Assembly: GCA_038496445.1 (NCBI GenBank)
Contig: JALMLS010000228.1
Span: 248,001 to 312,000 of the forward strand
Length of the DNA stretch: 64,000 bases
Direction: 5' to 3'
DNA from: Trichosphaerium sp. ATCC 40318
Taxonomy: Eukaryota; Protista; Tubulinea
Shown here: positions 22,101 to 35,917 of the stretch, in pieces
Position numbering within the stretch: position 1 is the stretch's first letter
Layout: the number at the start of each line of letters is the position of its first letter
The notes under the pieces: model-generated
What the model was told of the DNA's origin: nothing
What the model saw: only the letters and a program-made list of their open reading frames with translations
Databases searched by the model: none
Position numbers and translations under genes: made by a program

Positions 22101-24612
22101 AAGGAAAAAAACTAAATCGTACATCGTGGCTTTTACAGTGAAGAAAAGCTTGTAGTAGCCAGCACGTATAATGAGAAGATCTTATAAGCTTATAGTCAGG
22201 ACCTATACTATCTACCAAATGATGCAACAAAAAGCCAAAATCAACTTGCTATCAAAAAATAAACAGTCAGGTAAACCGTTCACTAAAGTATTTTTTTGTG
22301 GGTACTAACTTTGCCTTGTTCGATGTTTTCAAATCCATGAGCAAATACTGTATCAAAGGAATGTGATTCAACGTCAATCTGAGCTTGTGTACACTTGAAA
22401 AATCGTGCTTGTACCAAATGGGCAAGCACGTGATCAGTGTACATGCAATCAAGAACTTCCTTCAAATAGTTTTGTTAATTTTGTTTATACAAAAAGATAA
22501 AAGACGATGCCGCACTTGAGAAACGATATTGACACTCTCAGCTATGAAATCGAAAGCATACATCCTCACATGTTCATCACAAGTTGGTAGGAGATCCAGT
22601 ATCCATTTTGTTACTGCATGCTGATCCTGAAGAGTCAGACTCGACAGCAAATGCGTTGCAACGATAACAGCTATAGAATTGATTAATACTCAATGTTTGT
22701 TGTTCTCTACCAGTATGAGTACCTGCTTGTTGGGCATTGACGCTACCAGAAAAAAGCTGCTTTTGTACAAATATGAGCAGAGATGAGTGTCGTTCAGGTC
22801 TTCTTTGACAAAGCCACGTCAAAGTATGTGCCAGAGCATGCACAACATTTAACTACAACATAACTGTTAACAGGATATCACAACCTTGTGTTTAATTAAG
22901 TACACGAAGAGGCTGCCTTCCAGTAGAGCTACGGACAAGTACTTCTTCAAGCGAATGAGAATGAGGTGAAAGAATATCCGTATGATGTCTTGCGAGAGAT
23001 AAAAGCGTCATTGCACATGCATTCAGATGAGTAGCGCTATACAAGGTTTAGATCACATAAGAGTACAATTAAAATAAGTACCTGTTGCTAGCAACAGCAA
23101 TAGAGCAAGCACCCAATATGTAGTTTATCACCTAACGGAAAAAAGTCAGAAACAGTCTTTTGGATTTACTGGTATTTGAGTTGAACTTACGTCTCTTCTA
23201 CGATTCTCGTAGTTCACAAAAATCAGTAGCAGAATGCTATGCCACCAATATAATAATTTAGCATTCTGTTCTTCGAATAACTGAGATGCAAGGACAATCA
23301 AAGATTTTGTAATGTTAGATGAAAACATTGTATCCAAAAGTACATCCCTTACAGAATTAGGCTTCGAATTTTTCTTATTTTTTTTATGATGACGTACTGC
23401 AATAAATTAAGCTGTAGTGTCTGATTACGAAGTATATTACGAAGTGTTTTAACAGCAATATTGTATTGAACAAGACGAGGACTGCCTAGAACTGAAAGAA
23501 GAATAATAACATCAACTTTGTTCAAACATTTTGCTTTTCCAATAACTTTCAAGAACGTCTGAGCTATGTATCACAGTAAGAACAAACAGATAAATATACT
23601 CCCTTAGAAGGAATCAATAAACTTACCAACAAAACTATCAACTTTGACAGCGTTAATGACAATGTCTGTCGTGAGCTTTAGGTATTCTTTGAAAAAAGGT
23701 CTTAGTAATCAAGAATCGTATCGAAATTCTACCTTTATCAACAGAGAACCCTTCACGCCTTATCTCATCCACTACCTCCTCTGCAATAGAAGGTGTCAAA
23801 GTACTTAGAAGAGACCTAACTAATGTAGGCATATCACAATCTTCAACTACTTTCAACGCTTCCTTCGCAAGCTCAAAAACGGAAGCCTATAAACCAAAAA
23901 AATTATTTCTCAAACCATCATCGCACGTGCAAGAATAAATAAATTGCAAAAAAAAAATAGCATACGCGCCATACCTTCATTTCAACGCTTAAATGAAGCT
24001 CAGCCAACGATCCAATGATGGGAATCAAAAAACTTCTGTCCATGTCCAACAACGCCTTATACTTTGATAAAATCATGCGATGCTCCTCCTCTGATGACCC
24101 ACTAACTTCTACAGAGAGTTAATTAACGGTTTGCCACATAAATCTGCAAAGGCTACCTGACATTGCGTTTATAAACACGACAGGGAAATCCACTATTTCC
24201 ATTGTTGTTACAAACTGTTTAGACTATTTAGAGTACTATTCAAGCGTTAATGGCGTACGTGGTTCGTAATGACAGGGCTTGGAGTAGTATGACGCGCTAT
24301 TAAGCGTACTATCGTATTTGCTTCTTGTTCTGAACGAATAAAGTCAGTACTTGTATTTTAGGCTTTAACAATGCATGTAGATATCACTCGCGCGAGTTTT
24401 GGCAATTATTGTTTAAATGTAGTTCGTACCAGTACATAAACCTATAAACACTCTCTTGAGTAGCGACACAACCACATTAACCTATAACACGCCTTATTAA
24501 TAAATAATAACGGAAAATACCTAACAAAACATACCTGAGCGTCCCCATTACGCAATTTCGAAGGAACAACGCGTATGAGCTCCGAGAATGGCATTGTTTG
24601 TAATTGATCCAT
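19111..24612 (-). CDS. Large alpha-solenoid protein, FANCD2-like (many short introns)
   Basis: IPIIGSLAELHL...KVVEDCDMPTLVRSLL...EEVVDEIR and LIFVQKQLFS resemble FANCD2 VPILDVLSSL...EDLPVIIKFIL...EVISELR and IRKQL. Acidic C-terminal tail. Confidence 0.55.
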
Positions 24613-24787
24613 TTCTAACTGCCATTGCTTGTACTGAATAGTATATTTCGGTACTGTTAAAGGTTACTTGACACTGTAAAAGCACATTTCACGAAAAATT
24701 CGGACAGGCGGCAAAAAATTGCGGTTAAATTTTTTTGAACGAGACTTATCCTCAAAATCATCAAACTATCCTCAACACTCCCTCTAA

Positions 24788-26051
24788 ATGGCAACACATC
24801 GATCTTTATTCCGTAGCGTAGCCAAAACAGCCTCCTCTCCGTCATTTAACAAGTTGGATACCAAACAGCGTCAAAAAGGTCTAAACACCAATTTTCATAT
24901 TAACAACAAGGAGAACAATGCTACAAACTCAAATACCTTTTATCGTAACGGCTGTTATCCAACAAGTACAAAAGCTCCCTCCATGCGTCGAAACACGTCT
25001 AAACAGAGCGTACTATCACCATTTAGAGCCCGTAGACGTAGCGCGGTTAGTGTAAGAGTTCCCGCCATTAAACAAACGACAACAAAACGAAAACTATCTT
25101 GTATGTCAAGTACATCAAAGAGTTTTACAAAGGCGAAGAAACAACGTACAACAAAAATCAAGAAGCACATGACAGGTGTCATTTCTTTTAAACCGAAAAC
25201 ATCAACACCAACAGTGATCGAGATACCAAACACAATGCCTACAGTACCTAAAAATATACAACAAGAAGAAACACCTCTCGTACCCCAAAACCCACGTGTG
25301 AAGCGCCGTGTTGAGTGTAAACATGTTTACATGTTTGCTCTTAACAATCTATTTGACTTACCAAGCGAGATGCAGTTGAGCATCGCCAGGCATTTAGATT
25401 CTGCTTCTGTATCGAGGTACTTATTTTAAAAATAATTTTTTCTTGGATATCGTTTTTGCTAACTTCCTTTTTAGGTTATCACGTGTTTGTAAAAAATGGC
25501 GTGAAATATGCACTGACAATAGTATTTGGCGCGTCCTCTACTCACTTGAGTTCCATGAATCTGAGCAAATTATATTAACAAAGGGGTGGAGAAATGAATA
25601 CGTCAGAAGGTAGGCATATTTTTAGTTATAACCAGAAAAAAAAAAGACTTTCAATTGATTTTATGTCTAGGAAGCTACTTGGTCATAATCTATTACAGAA
25701 AGCCCTAGTTTCATCGAAAAGAACGCGACACGGAACACGTTCTTACGCTAGAAGACGTTCCTCTATTGATGTAAGTGGATACAAAAAAAATTTTCACATT
25801 GCTACTTAATATTTTTTCTTATTCTCTCGTAGTTATTCCGCGCCCTCTCCATTAAGCCTAAATTGTCAAGAACAAAATCATTCTCTAGTCTAGATCACAG
25901 TGCATTGCGGCCAAAACGACAAAGATCTAAGGGTAGCCGTTCAACCTCTCAACAACATAATTTTGAGAAACTATCACCTCAATTTCAAAAACAAAAAGAG
26001 TGGTTAGAGAAACTAAGCTCAGAAAAATCGTTAATGGTTCAGACAGTGTAA
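24788..26051 (+). CDS. F-box protein with basic low-complexity termini
   Basis: LFDLPSEMQLSIARHLD...|RLSRVCKKWREICTDNSIWR; 3 introns. Confidence 0.75.
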
Positions 26052-26331
26052 AACCTAGAATGAATACCTAATAAACATTGTATTTAAGTGTATAAAACAA
26101 AAACCAACGTCATGAATGAGTTCAGTTCAAACCATTTGTGAGTTTAGCTTTGTCTCAATTCTGTTCCGCTCAAACGTCCTATAGGCTTTGCTGCATACTA
26201 GAATAGTTGGGATAAGGTTATCTAACAAAACTGGATAACAAGATAGGTTCAGGAGAGTCGGTTTTGTCGTTCACGAGAATCAGTGAAGAAAAAAAAAACT
26301 CAAAATAATAAAACATCACAACAGTAATATC

Positions 26332-27757
26332 ATGGCTCAAAAAGTAATAGTTGCAGGTGGCACAGGGTTTATTGGTCGTCAGTTGGTGACTAAACTAAAA
26401 TCAAAGGGTCACGAGGTAAGAAAAGTGTTACTTCCTTTAAACCAATTATGAGCCTGTATTAACGTCGTTTTAGGTACTCGTTGTGTCTCGTAAGGCCACA
26501 AAACCAGATTTGACATGGGACGGTATAAAAGAGTCCGGGATACCCGAGTGCAACGCTATTATTGCGTTACAAGGTGAAGGCATTGCAAAACAGGTACTTT
26601 GACCATTTCTCCGCTGATGTCATCTCAAAATGAAGTAAAATGTAGCCTATTATACTTAACTACGCTATAGCGATGGACTAAAGCTAGAAAAAAGTTATTG
26701 ATAGACTCACGAGTCGAAACAACAAAACTCCTCATCGAAAAGGCTAAAAACCTCGCCAAACCACCTAAATATATAGCTACATCAGCGATAGGGTGAGTTT
26801 CTTATTTACAACGACTAAACTGAACTCACACCAATTAAGCTATTACCCAACACAACGGCCTGAACTAATGGATGAAACTTATGATGGTCCTGTAGCAGCA
26901 AATTTTGCAGGTACGGTTTTGTTGACACTTCAGTTTTTTTTGTAGTTGTTTTGGCTTTCATTGAACTTTCCTCCGTTTGATTACTTTCTATAGGTTCACT
27001 GTGTAAAACACTTGAAGATACAGTTAAAGATGGTGTGAAAGATAGTAAAATAAAAGCAACTACAGTCAGGATGGGCGTAGTGATGGGTCACGGAGGTAAG
27101 TATTGCACTTTCAATAATTTGTTTACCTAATACAGTTTTTCTTAATCTACAGGTGCTTTAGCAGAGATGACACTACCTTTCGGTATTTATGCTGGACGTA
27201 TTGGAGATGGAACCCACTACTTCCCATGGATCCACCAAAGTACGTACCTTACCTACCGTTTACCGAACGAAGACTTTTGTAGTTTTTTGTTTGAATTCAA
27301 TCTCAAGTTCTGGGTTGTACAACTCGTTTACACCTTCTTGTCTAATGTTCTCTGCTTCAGACGATGCTGTTAGTATTTACGAATACATACTAAACAACGA
27401 AATTGAAGGTATTGTGAACGCTGTTGGTCCTCAACCAGCAACAAGTATGGATGTTGCAAATGCTATTACGAAATGTGGTAAATTCGCAATGCCTGCACCT
27501 GCAATTATGATGCAAATAATGTTGGGTGAGAGTTCAGTACTTCTTACAGAAGGACAGAAGGTAAGTACTAAATTTTGAGGTCTACTTGCTACACGTGACC
27601 AACAACAATCCACATACAAAAACAACTTTTTTTTTCACTTTGAGGTGACTTCTTTACTCTTACACTATTTTAGTTGGCTCCAAAATGTATGCTTGATAAT
27701 GGCTTCAAGTTCGAGTTTGATACAATAGATAAATGTATGAAAGACTTGATTAGTTAA
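26332..27757 (+). CDS. SDR39U1: Epimerase family protein SDR39U1 (TIGR01777-like)
   Basis: VIVAGGTGFIG, RWT...DSRVETT, TSAIGYY, RMGVV, G.IGDGTHYFPWIH.DD, GIVNAVGP, LL.EGQK...GFKFEF. Confidence 0.9.
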
Positions 27758-28149
27758 GGACTCAATTGACCAGAACAAACAAAAAGAAAAAAAAAACAAA
27801 AACACCCAAAAACCAGGTGTTTCCCGATTCTTATTGGCTCACTTCCTTTCAAGAAATATACGTGACTATAATTCGTTTAATAAGCTTTGGTTATACATCG
27901 ACATTTATATTTCTGTATTCCTTAATGGCAGCTTTACAATAAGATTTTGCATGATATACAATAATCGACAGAATACATAGAACGATTTATGTGAAACGTT
28001 TCTTTAGTACAAACCAATTCTATCATACTTACATGACTGAACAATCACAACTAACAATGCAATTTCCAATTGTGATTCCCGAACATAAATGAATACTTTA
28101 TGTGCAGTAAAATCAGATTACTGACATGAGAATACTTTGTAAACAGTTT

Positions 28150-31100
28150 TTATGGTTGAAATTGCTTCAATATAACGCTCTTCATTGCCATGATATCCTG
28201 TGCCATCTTATCATCAACAATGGACTCATTCAAATTAATCATTGACAATTGATTAGCACTCTCTCTCATAAACGAATCAAGTTTCTACAAGGGAAAAAAA
28301 CAGTTAGCAAAAAAGCTTGGTTCACTTGAAATAAAAAATCATTTACCTCAGCATGTTCAATGAAGGATATGTATTGAGACCGTTGCTCGTCAGTTTTGAT
28401 ACAAAGTTGAATCAAACGCATGTAAGATATGAGTAACATCCTAGCTGATTTATAATCATCTTCATCAGCCAAGGAAGCACTTTTTGAAATTCCATAATGC
28501 CCAATTATATCAACACGTGCTGAAGCTAAGTTATCAATAGCGTTCTTTGCTAAAAGCATATATGAGAACAAATAAATGTACACAATAATTCTAGTACTTG
28601 ATTTAACAGTTTTAGTAACAACTGTGAGAAACTTAGCACCACTAAGGCTTGTCCATGATATTTGTGCTTGGAATGGTATTTCTGAATTATGATTTTTTGG
28701 ATCATCCTTCACATTAAAAGCTACTGTGATACCAGAATCTTTATTAGCATTTCCGGGCAATAATTTTTTGATGTTCGCGGCTACAAAAAAGACACGTGAG
28801 TTCGTACAATAAAGATAAAAATGCAACAAAAAAAAAAAGGAGAATTTGAGCGTTTTCTTTTCAATGACGTACTTGCATCATCCCATGTGACACGCTTCTC
28901 AGCGATAAGATCGACTGCAATATTTAAGGCAGTGACGGGTTTAGAATCGCCTAATTTACCAGTTTCCATGTCTCTCAGAGACATGACTTTTACAAAACCA
29001 GAAGTCAAATCAGATAGTGTGCCAATAACAGATAATCCACAATCTTCACCTTCAAGCGAAATCACATCAATCTGCGTTCCGTAATCACGTGCTTCTAATC
29101 CGACATCTCTATAGAAAGCCTACGAAAACAGTAACTAAGAAGTCTATAATGAAGTACAGATCAAAGGTTGACTTGTTGAACAAAACCAACTGCTTTTTGC
29201 GTACACTTGTTTCTTCTTTGTTAATGGATTTAATGTTACCAATCCCAATGTTAGAAAATCCATCAGTACACAGCAAAATCCTTGACCCAGGTGCATTTGC
29301 TGTCATTCCTACCGCAACAGCGATAGCAGGACCAAGAGCTGTTTCACCATACGGATTCACTTCAAGCTTTGAGAGAAATATTAAGACAAACGAAATTAAA
29401 TTTTATAAAAAAGACTCGTACCTTGCTCATCACATCATTGAACTTTGATGGATTTAAGAAGTTAGATTTATGCTTTACATATAATGATTCACCATGTTTA
29501 ATCAATTGTTCATACGTCTTAGCTGTTACAGCAGCAGACACTACTTCAGACTTTTTATCGCTTAAAGTTAATTGGACTTTTGAATTAAACGTCATCATGG
29601 CGATTCGCGCATTTGGAGATTCCACAATCTACAAAGATAATGAGTACTTAATATGTACTTAAACAAATAATGAAGGGTATTGATTTGCCAGAAAGCCCAT
29701 AAAATAGAAAACTCAGGAGAACTAAACTGTTCATACCATTTTTTTAATTTGTTTTGAAATCATTGTAAGAACACAGTCTCTTCTATTCTTGTAACTATCA
29801 CGAACCATAGGGGCTATAACATAGGGTTTTAAAAATAAATCACATGCAATTGTAAAAACCACGTGATTCCCGTACAAACGATGGATACCGATGTTTCAGG
29901 AACAAAAATGACTTCACCATCATCAACCTGAATACCGGATTGACCTGCAGCATAAAGACCTTCTAGAACATAAACAGCTCCTTTTTCTAATTCAATAGCT
30001 CTTGAAGATTGACTATCATCAAGCTTAAAGTCAGCCTTAGCGACATAAGTCCCATCTTAAGCAACCATTATTATTTAAAAAAAAACTGCAAAAAATAAAT
30101 AGTCTTTAAAAACACTCTTTGTTTACGAACCTTTTTTTTCCTCAACATAAGTGCTTGGTACTGCTCCTCTCTTGCTCTTATCACTTTGTTTATGCATGGC
30201 TAACCACGCAGGTAAATACCAATCATTGACGAATTTATATCTGTCACCCTTCTTTAAGTTGTATCTTGCGTTTTTTTCAGTAACAATAACTTCATCTTTT
30301 ACCATCTCTATTATACCCCCTGGTGTTGAAGCTATAGGTATACTACCCATAGATCCACTTAAATCAATACAGAAAATACAAAGAGGTTCCTCATTTGATA
30401 CTTTTGGACCACTTGCGATGGTATACTCTTGGATATTTTCAGATAATTTTTTAGGTTTCGATTTGAAGCGATTATTTGCATTACAAAATTCACACTTCCA
30501 AACCCACTGGACACCTTTCTTTTCTACTTTACTGAAAAAAAACAAGATGTTAGAACCATGGAATTTTAAAGACATTCAAGCAAATAAGGTATGTACCTGT
30601 GTTGGTTTAAGATTGCTCTACAATTTCTGTTCATACAATAAACAACATCTTCCTTTTGAAGTTTGTCACGTGGGTGTTTGGATTCTGCTAGGTGTCCGAA
30701 AGGAATGTATGCTATATTCGTGTTTGCTTTTGCATATTCGTTTGCCTTAACTAGCAAATAGAGGTAAGCTTGAATATTACAAGCACTTTGTTTTACTAAA
30801 CTTACTTTGTTCATCTTTTTTATCTTTGTTTGGAGAAGCTTTATCTTTCTCGGTATCCCCGATTTTGTAAGGCAAGTTTAAGGATGTTTTGCACATAGTA
30901 TGACCGATAGTTGGTCCTGAGGAATCATAAGCACCACACAGAACAACTACGAAAAAAACACGGAATGTGTACATACCACTTTCTTCATATTGTTTTCGGG
31001 TAACATAACGCAAGAGTTTACTAGCGACAGATGTACCAATGAATGCCGTTTGATCTCTATTTTCTGGGGCTGAAATAACAACCTTTTGACAAAGATTAGT

Positions 31101-33641
31101 TAGTGGATAAACGAAATAACTTATCGATTTATAAATATAAAGACTTATGAGCAGTAAACGCACTGGTAAGTCTCCTCTGTACTTCTTTAGTTCTATCTAT
31201 TGTTTCAATTATTAGTCATTATGTATATTACAAATAATGACGCACTTCCAATCTCTTCACAACACCTGGAAGCATAGATCCACCTAATGTCCAGCAATGT
31301 CAAACACAAAAAAAAAGTCAGATTATAGTTCATTACCTCCACCAATAACAATGTTATTCCACATATCTTCTTGAATCTCTAGAGGACATCTTTTTATACT
31401 TTGAATAACAACATCAACAAGACCCAATTCTTTACTATCTACCAAGCTTGGTGTAAACAAAACCTCACCGACTCTGAATCTAGAAAAAAATTGATAAGCA
31501 TTTCACTTCTAAAATAGCCATCGTTTACCTCTCATCACTTAATTTGACGGTATACTTCTCATCATTGTATGGAATCTCACACTCCTTTTCATGCGTTTTA
31601 ATAAATTCTGGGTCATCTTTTAAACCCATCTCTTTTTTAAAGTCCTCAGCAACATAACACAACTTCTACAAACCAGTAAGATACTTATTCAAATTTTCCT
31701 TTATAAAAAAAAACAAACAAAATAAACGTGACAGAAGCTGGCCTACTACAAATATGTTTGATGTTTTAAATTCATCCATGTACCTCCTTAATTTCCTTTG
31801 CAACACATAACATCTCACGACCAGTCTGTATATTCTGTTCTAAAAAATAAAGCTAAGTAAAGAGAAGACCTGCACTTTTTTGTAGTCGAACCTTTTGCAC
31901 AAAGTAATTTTTCAAGATACTCAGTTAAAGTATCACCTCCTACACTACTTTGTACACAAGAAGCGCTTATGCCATACATATTATAAATTGGTGTAACCCT
32001 CATCTCTTCGGCACCAATATCAACTGATAAACCAGTCTCTTTTGCTAAACAGAGTCAATTTGCATATTTGGAAAATCACATCTTTTGAACAAACAAAAGC
32101 TGCCCCAACTCTACATAGTTACTAAATGGCTTCACACTAACGTACATGATTCAAAAATTCTAGCTTGGGCTGAACTAATAAAAGCAAGACGAGACACTTT
32201 TAATTCCTCGAACGCGACTAAAAACAACATAAATATTAAGTCCCAGCTTACTTATAAGTTAGCAAAAACAAACGTACACTCTGTAATGAACCCACGTAAC
32301 TTATCATTGGATTTAGGGTGCTCTATAAACACGAGTGGATAATCTTTCTTTTCAGCTATACCGAGTTTATCAACAGCGTGCCTTAGCAACTAGTATCAAC
32401 AGTTTAGAAAAAAAAAAGTATTCATCTAAACCACGTGCGTGTTCAGCGGTTCCTACTGTGTATAATTGACCTTTAACAACAGGTTTATATATGTGAAACA
32501 TTGCGCCAAGAAGATATTTACGTTTTGTATTCACAATTTCACCCACGTAATGGCGCTCTAGGCATTTGTTTCAACAAAGAAAAAAAAAACACTAACAAGA
32601 TATTCTTTACGTACTTGTCATGCCAGTTAATCCAGGGATTACACCACATCCACTTCGTTTGCGCGCTGCAATTGTTCTAAATATATAATCAACAAACAAT
32701 GACTAAAAGACAAAAGCCACGGTAAACAGAAAAGTTAACAACAAAATAAAAAGCAACTCACTGAAAAATACAAGTAGGTTTTTCATCACCAACATAACCA
32801 ACTCGGCAAAAATTAGATCCCATGTCCTATGGAAAAAAACACGTGTAAGTCAACTGAACAACTGCTAGGCTTTGAAGGCTTTTTCCTTGACTCACAAAGG
32901 CTACGATCTTTTCTTGATTCTTTCCAATAACACTTGCACCTTCATCATTATTGGCATGTTCTATGATCTCAGCAAGCTATCATATGAAGTTAGAACCCAA
33001 TACATTAACACACCACAAATATGTCGTACATCTCCTTCCTTGAGGTCATACACAACTGATATTTCTTCGATGGATTTACCACCTGCTACAAGCTTTTTTA
33101 TTTCATCGTCGACTGTGCTCTTAGAATCCTGTTCCTTAGCTTTACCCTTTTGGATATATAAGCCTCTTCAAGTGAGCTATTAATATTGGTGTACCTTTTG
33201 ATAAGGTCTTCGTTCAGAAGGAGGCAAACTCTGGTTGAGTTTGGCTGCTTTTTGTTTCTTTTCTTGAATGGTTTTTTGCCTTCTAACTTCAGCAGCCATT
33301 GACGCTAAACAAACATGAACCTACGTTCTGGGCGCCAGTACAAGGGCGAAAGAGTGTTTAATACCTAAATTTAACCCAAAAGCCTTTGTAGATACACTTT
33401 GGTCCTTTTTATCATTGGAAGCTTCTATCAATGCGTATTAAGTCGTTTACAGGCCATAAAGTTAGTTTTTAGTAGTTTTCGAACGTACCATGTTTTTCTG
33501 CCAATTCTGCTGTACCACCTTGCAGCTCATCTAATATTGTATTTATTGGTAGCTGTACAAGTTTGATTTAAAAGTACAAGAATAGATCTCTTCGTTTTCA
33601 TCCTTTTCAGGCGCATATACCACTGCTGAACCAAATTCCAT
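28150..33641 (-). CDS. Actin-related domain fused to a Cpras/Sec23-type Zn finger + vWA domain with SH3-like inserts
   Basis: N-terminus MEFGSAVVY. Actin motifs DMGSNFCRVG, DIGAEEMRVTPIY, KEIKE|KLCYVAEDF, RFRVGEVLFTP, MWNNIVIGG|GGSMLPG, YEES|GPTI. Then C..NC.AIL...WKCEFC, IFCIDLSGSM, GETALGPAIAVA, ILLCTDGFSNIGIG, FQAQISWT. Confidence 0.8.
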
Positions 33642-34577
33642 ACAGTCAGGCTTGTGGAAATAGTCACTGTTTAATTGACTTACAAATTTCGTCTAATTTC
33701 GCATAATTAACGACTTAAGCCTCGTGCACAAACATTGTGTGAATGTTAACCTCAACATTGACAAAGTTCGTCTCGCAGACACAACAAATAATTAGAAGAC
33801 CAAAAACGTTCGGTTAACGCTTTTCGAGTATACAATATCAGAGTTACCAATGTTGTTACTCTACCAAGTACTCCACGAATTCATTGGGAAACTCTTTCTA
33901 GCGATTTTCATGGATTTTGTTGGATCCCACTAAACTTATGGGTAAGAATGTGCAGTATAGCTTGACCAAGTATGTTAAAGCTGAATATTACAGTACACAC
34001 CCTAGCTCTTGTAATTGTTAAAAAGTTTAAAAATGTTATCAAAATAAAATGAAAAAACGAAAAACGTGCTTTCTAACTACAACTTGACTTTGTACCATTT
34101 TTATGGTGGTAACCATGAAGGTATCAAAATGCCTTCCGTTATGTGACATGGTTTCGGTCTATCTAACTTTGCTACTAGTACACTTGTGTACTCGTCCACT
34201 TGTATTTATCATGGCTGTACACGTGTTTTACTCCGTTACAGACGTTTGGGTAAACTTGAGTTGACTTCGTATAAATCAACAACAACAACAACTGACAAAG
34301 CTTAAACAACATGGCGAGCAGCAATCACCCACATCCCACCCAAAAATTTCCTTTTCAATTTGTTGAAAAAACTGTAAAACTTTTCTTTTATTTTCCAAGT
34401 GTTCTTGTATAATATAACAAATGCTAGGCGCTGCGCTAGAGCCACAACACATTTTGTCTTCCTCCCAACATCGTCTTAGTTAGCGTTCCTTGGTTAGTTG
34501 ATAGAGAAAGTCAACTGAGAACTCTAATTCAACAAATCAGTTCAGTTGTTTTTGACCTAGTCGTTACTCGCAACACA

Positions 34578-35357
34578 ATGAGCACAACAGTGCTGCTAAA
34601 GAAACAATATAAGGACTACACTGGCGCTGGAGTATTGCCTGTTGCTAAAAACGAATCAGGACGTAGTTTTGTACTGGTGCATCGTACATTCGTTGGTATG
34701 TATTAATTTAACGCGATTAGAGATAAGACGTTAACTTATAAGGTGTTAAACGCTATTAACCTTCTAAGCGGATGTACAGGTAAGAAAGTTGGCACTCTGA
34801 TAGATTTTGGAGGAAGAAGAGACGATGAGGATTCAGGTAACGCTAGTAAATGATAAAACCTAATAACGATACCTACAGGAGACGCAGCGTTAACTGCAGC
34901 AAGAGAATTCGCTGAGGAAACAGGTGGTCTCTTTTTATCAGACAATGTCGAAAAAGATATTGCCTTAATTTCATCTTCAAGGTAAAAACACTGACTTAAA
35001 ACTCCGCCTACCTCGTCTCACATTCCTTTAAAGTGAAGTAGAGATGCAAAAGCATGAGCTCATATCACAAAGACGAATCAGATATACGACAAACTTACCA
35101 GTGAGGATGTTATTGTCGAAGAAAAAAAGTTTTTTTGTGGCCGGTATTACTTGTTTTTTGTCGAGATACCAATGATGTCAGATGATGATTTTGTGCTTAT
35201 CAATAATCTATTTGGACGAGACTCAAAGAAGAAAAAAAGAGAGTTTATGTGGATACCTGTTGAAGACATTATCGCGAAGAAAACACCTCATCCTTTTTTT
35301 TCAAGAGTTTATGTCAACAACTTTTATTCTGTTATGAATACCCTAAATTCAGTTTAA
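34578..35357 (+). CDS. Nudix hydrolase
   Basis: GAGVLP, DFGGRRDDED...TAAREFAEETGG (Nudix box). Confidence 0.85.
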
Positions 35358-35917
35358 CAAAACTTGTATTCGACGCCTGTAATAATGTATGAAATATTGC
35401 CTAGTTCGTAAGTAATAAAAAATTGCAAGACACCAAGTTATTTTGTATGTGTAATTGAAGAAAGTACTTCACTTTTTCATGTATTACCTTCAGTTTGGTC
35501 TACAACACTTTATTACTGCATTAAACAGACGTTCTAAATTTTACCATTGGCAGTAACGTCTGACACCCATAAGCTATTGGTTTAGTACTATAATCTAAGC
35601 TGTTGTTTTGTCCCAAATAAAGTAAGAATCGAAAACAAATTACCTAACTTGTTACAAAAAAGATAAAATGTACATAAGTTTTGTTGCTTCGTGCGTTGGT
35701 GCATTGTCTGAAACAACAGAAATCAAATACTATGGAAATAATGATTTAAAAAGGAGGTATTAATAGTATTTTAACAACTACAAAAAAGTAAAAGTAGAAA
35801 AAGTGTTGAGCTCGGAATTCGACTTAATAGAATACAAAAAACATAAGGCAAAAAATAGAGGCTAACGCGTTTTTATTTTGGGTGGCTTTTGTACAAGTGG
35901 ATTAATTTGGTTAATGA

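Noticed and set aside
34311-34612. Possible spliced upstream exons or uORF before the Nudix gene
   Set aside because: I could not splice them into the Nudix frame; evidence is too weak.
35808-35820. GAGCTCGGAATTC shared with ~49958
   Set aside because: A single 13-mer match is expected by chance in 64 kb.
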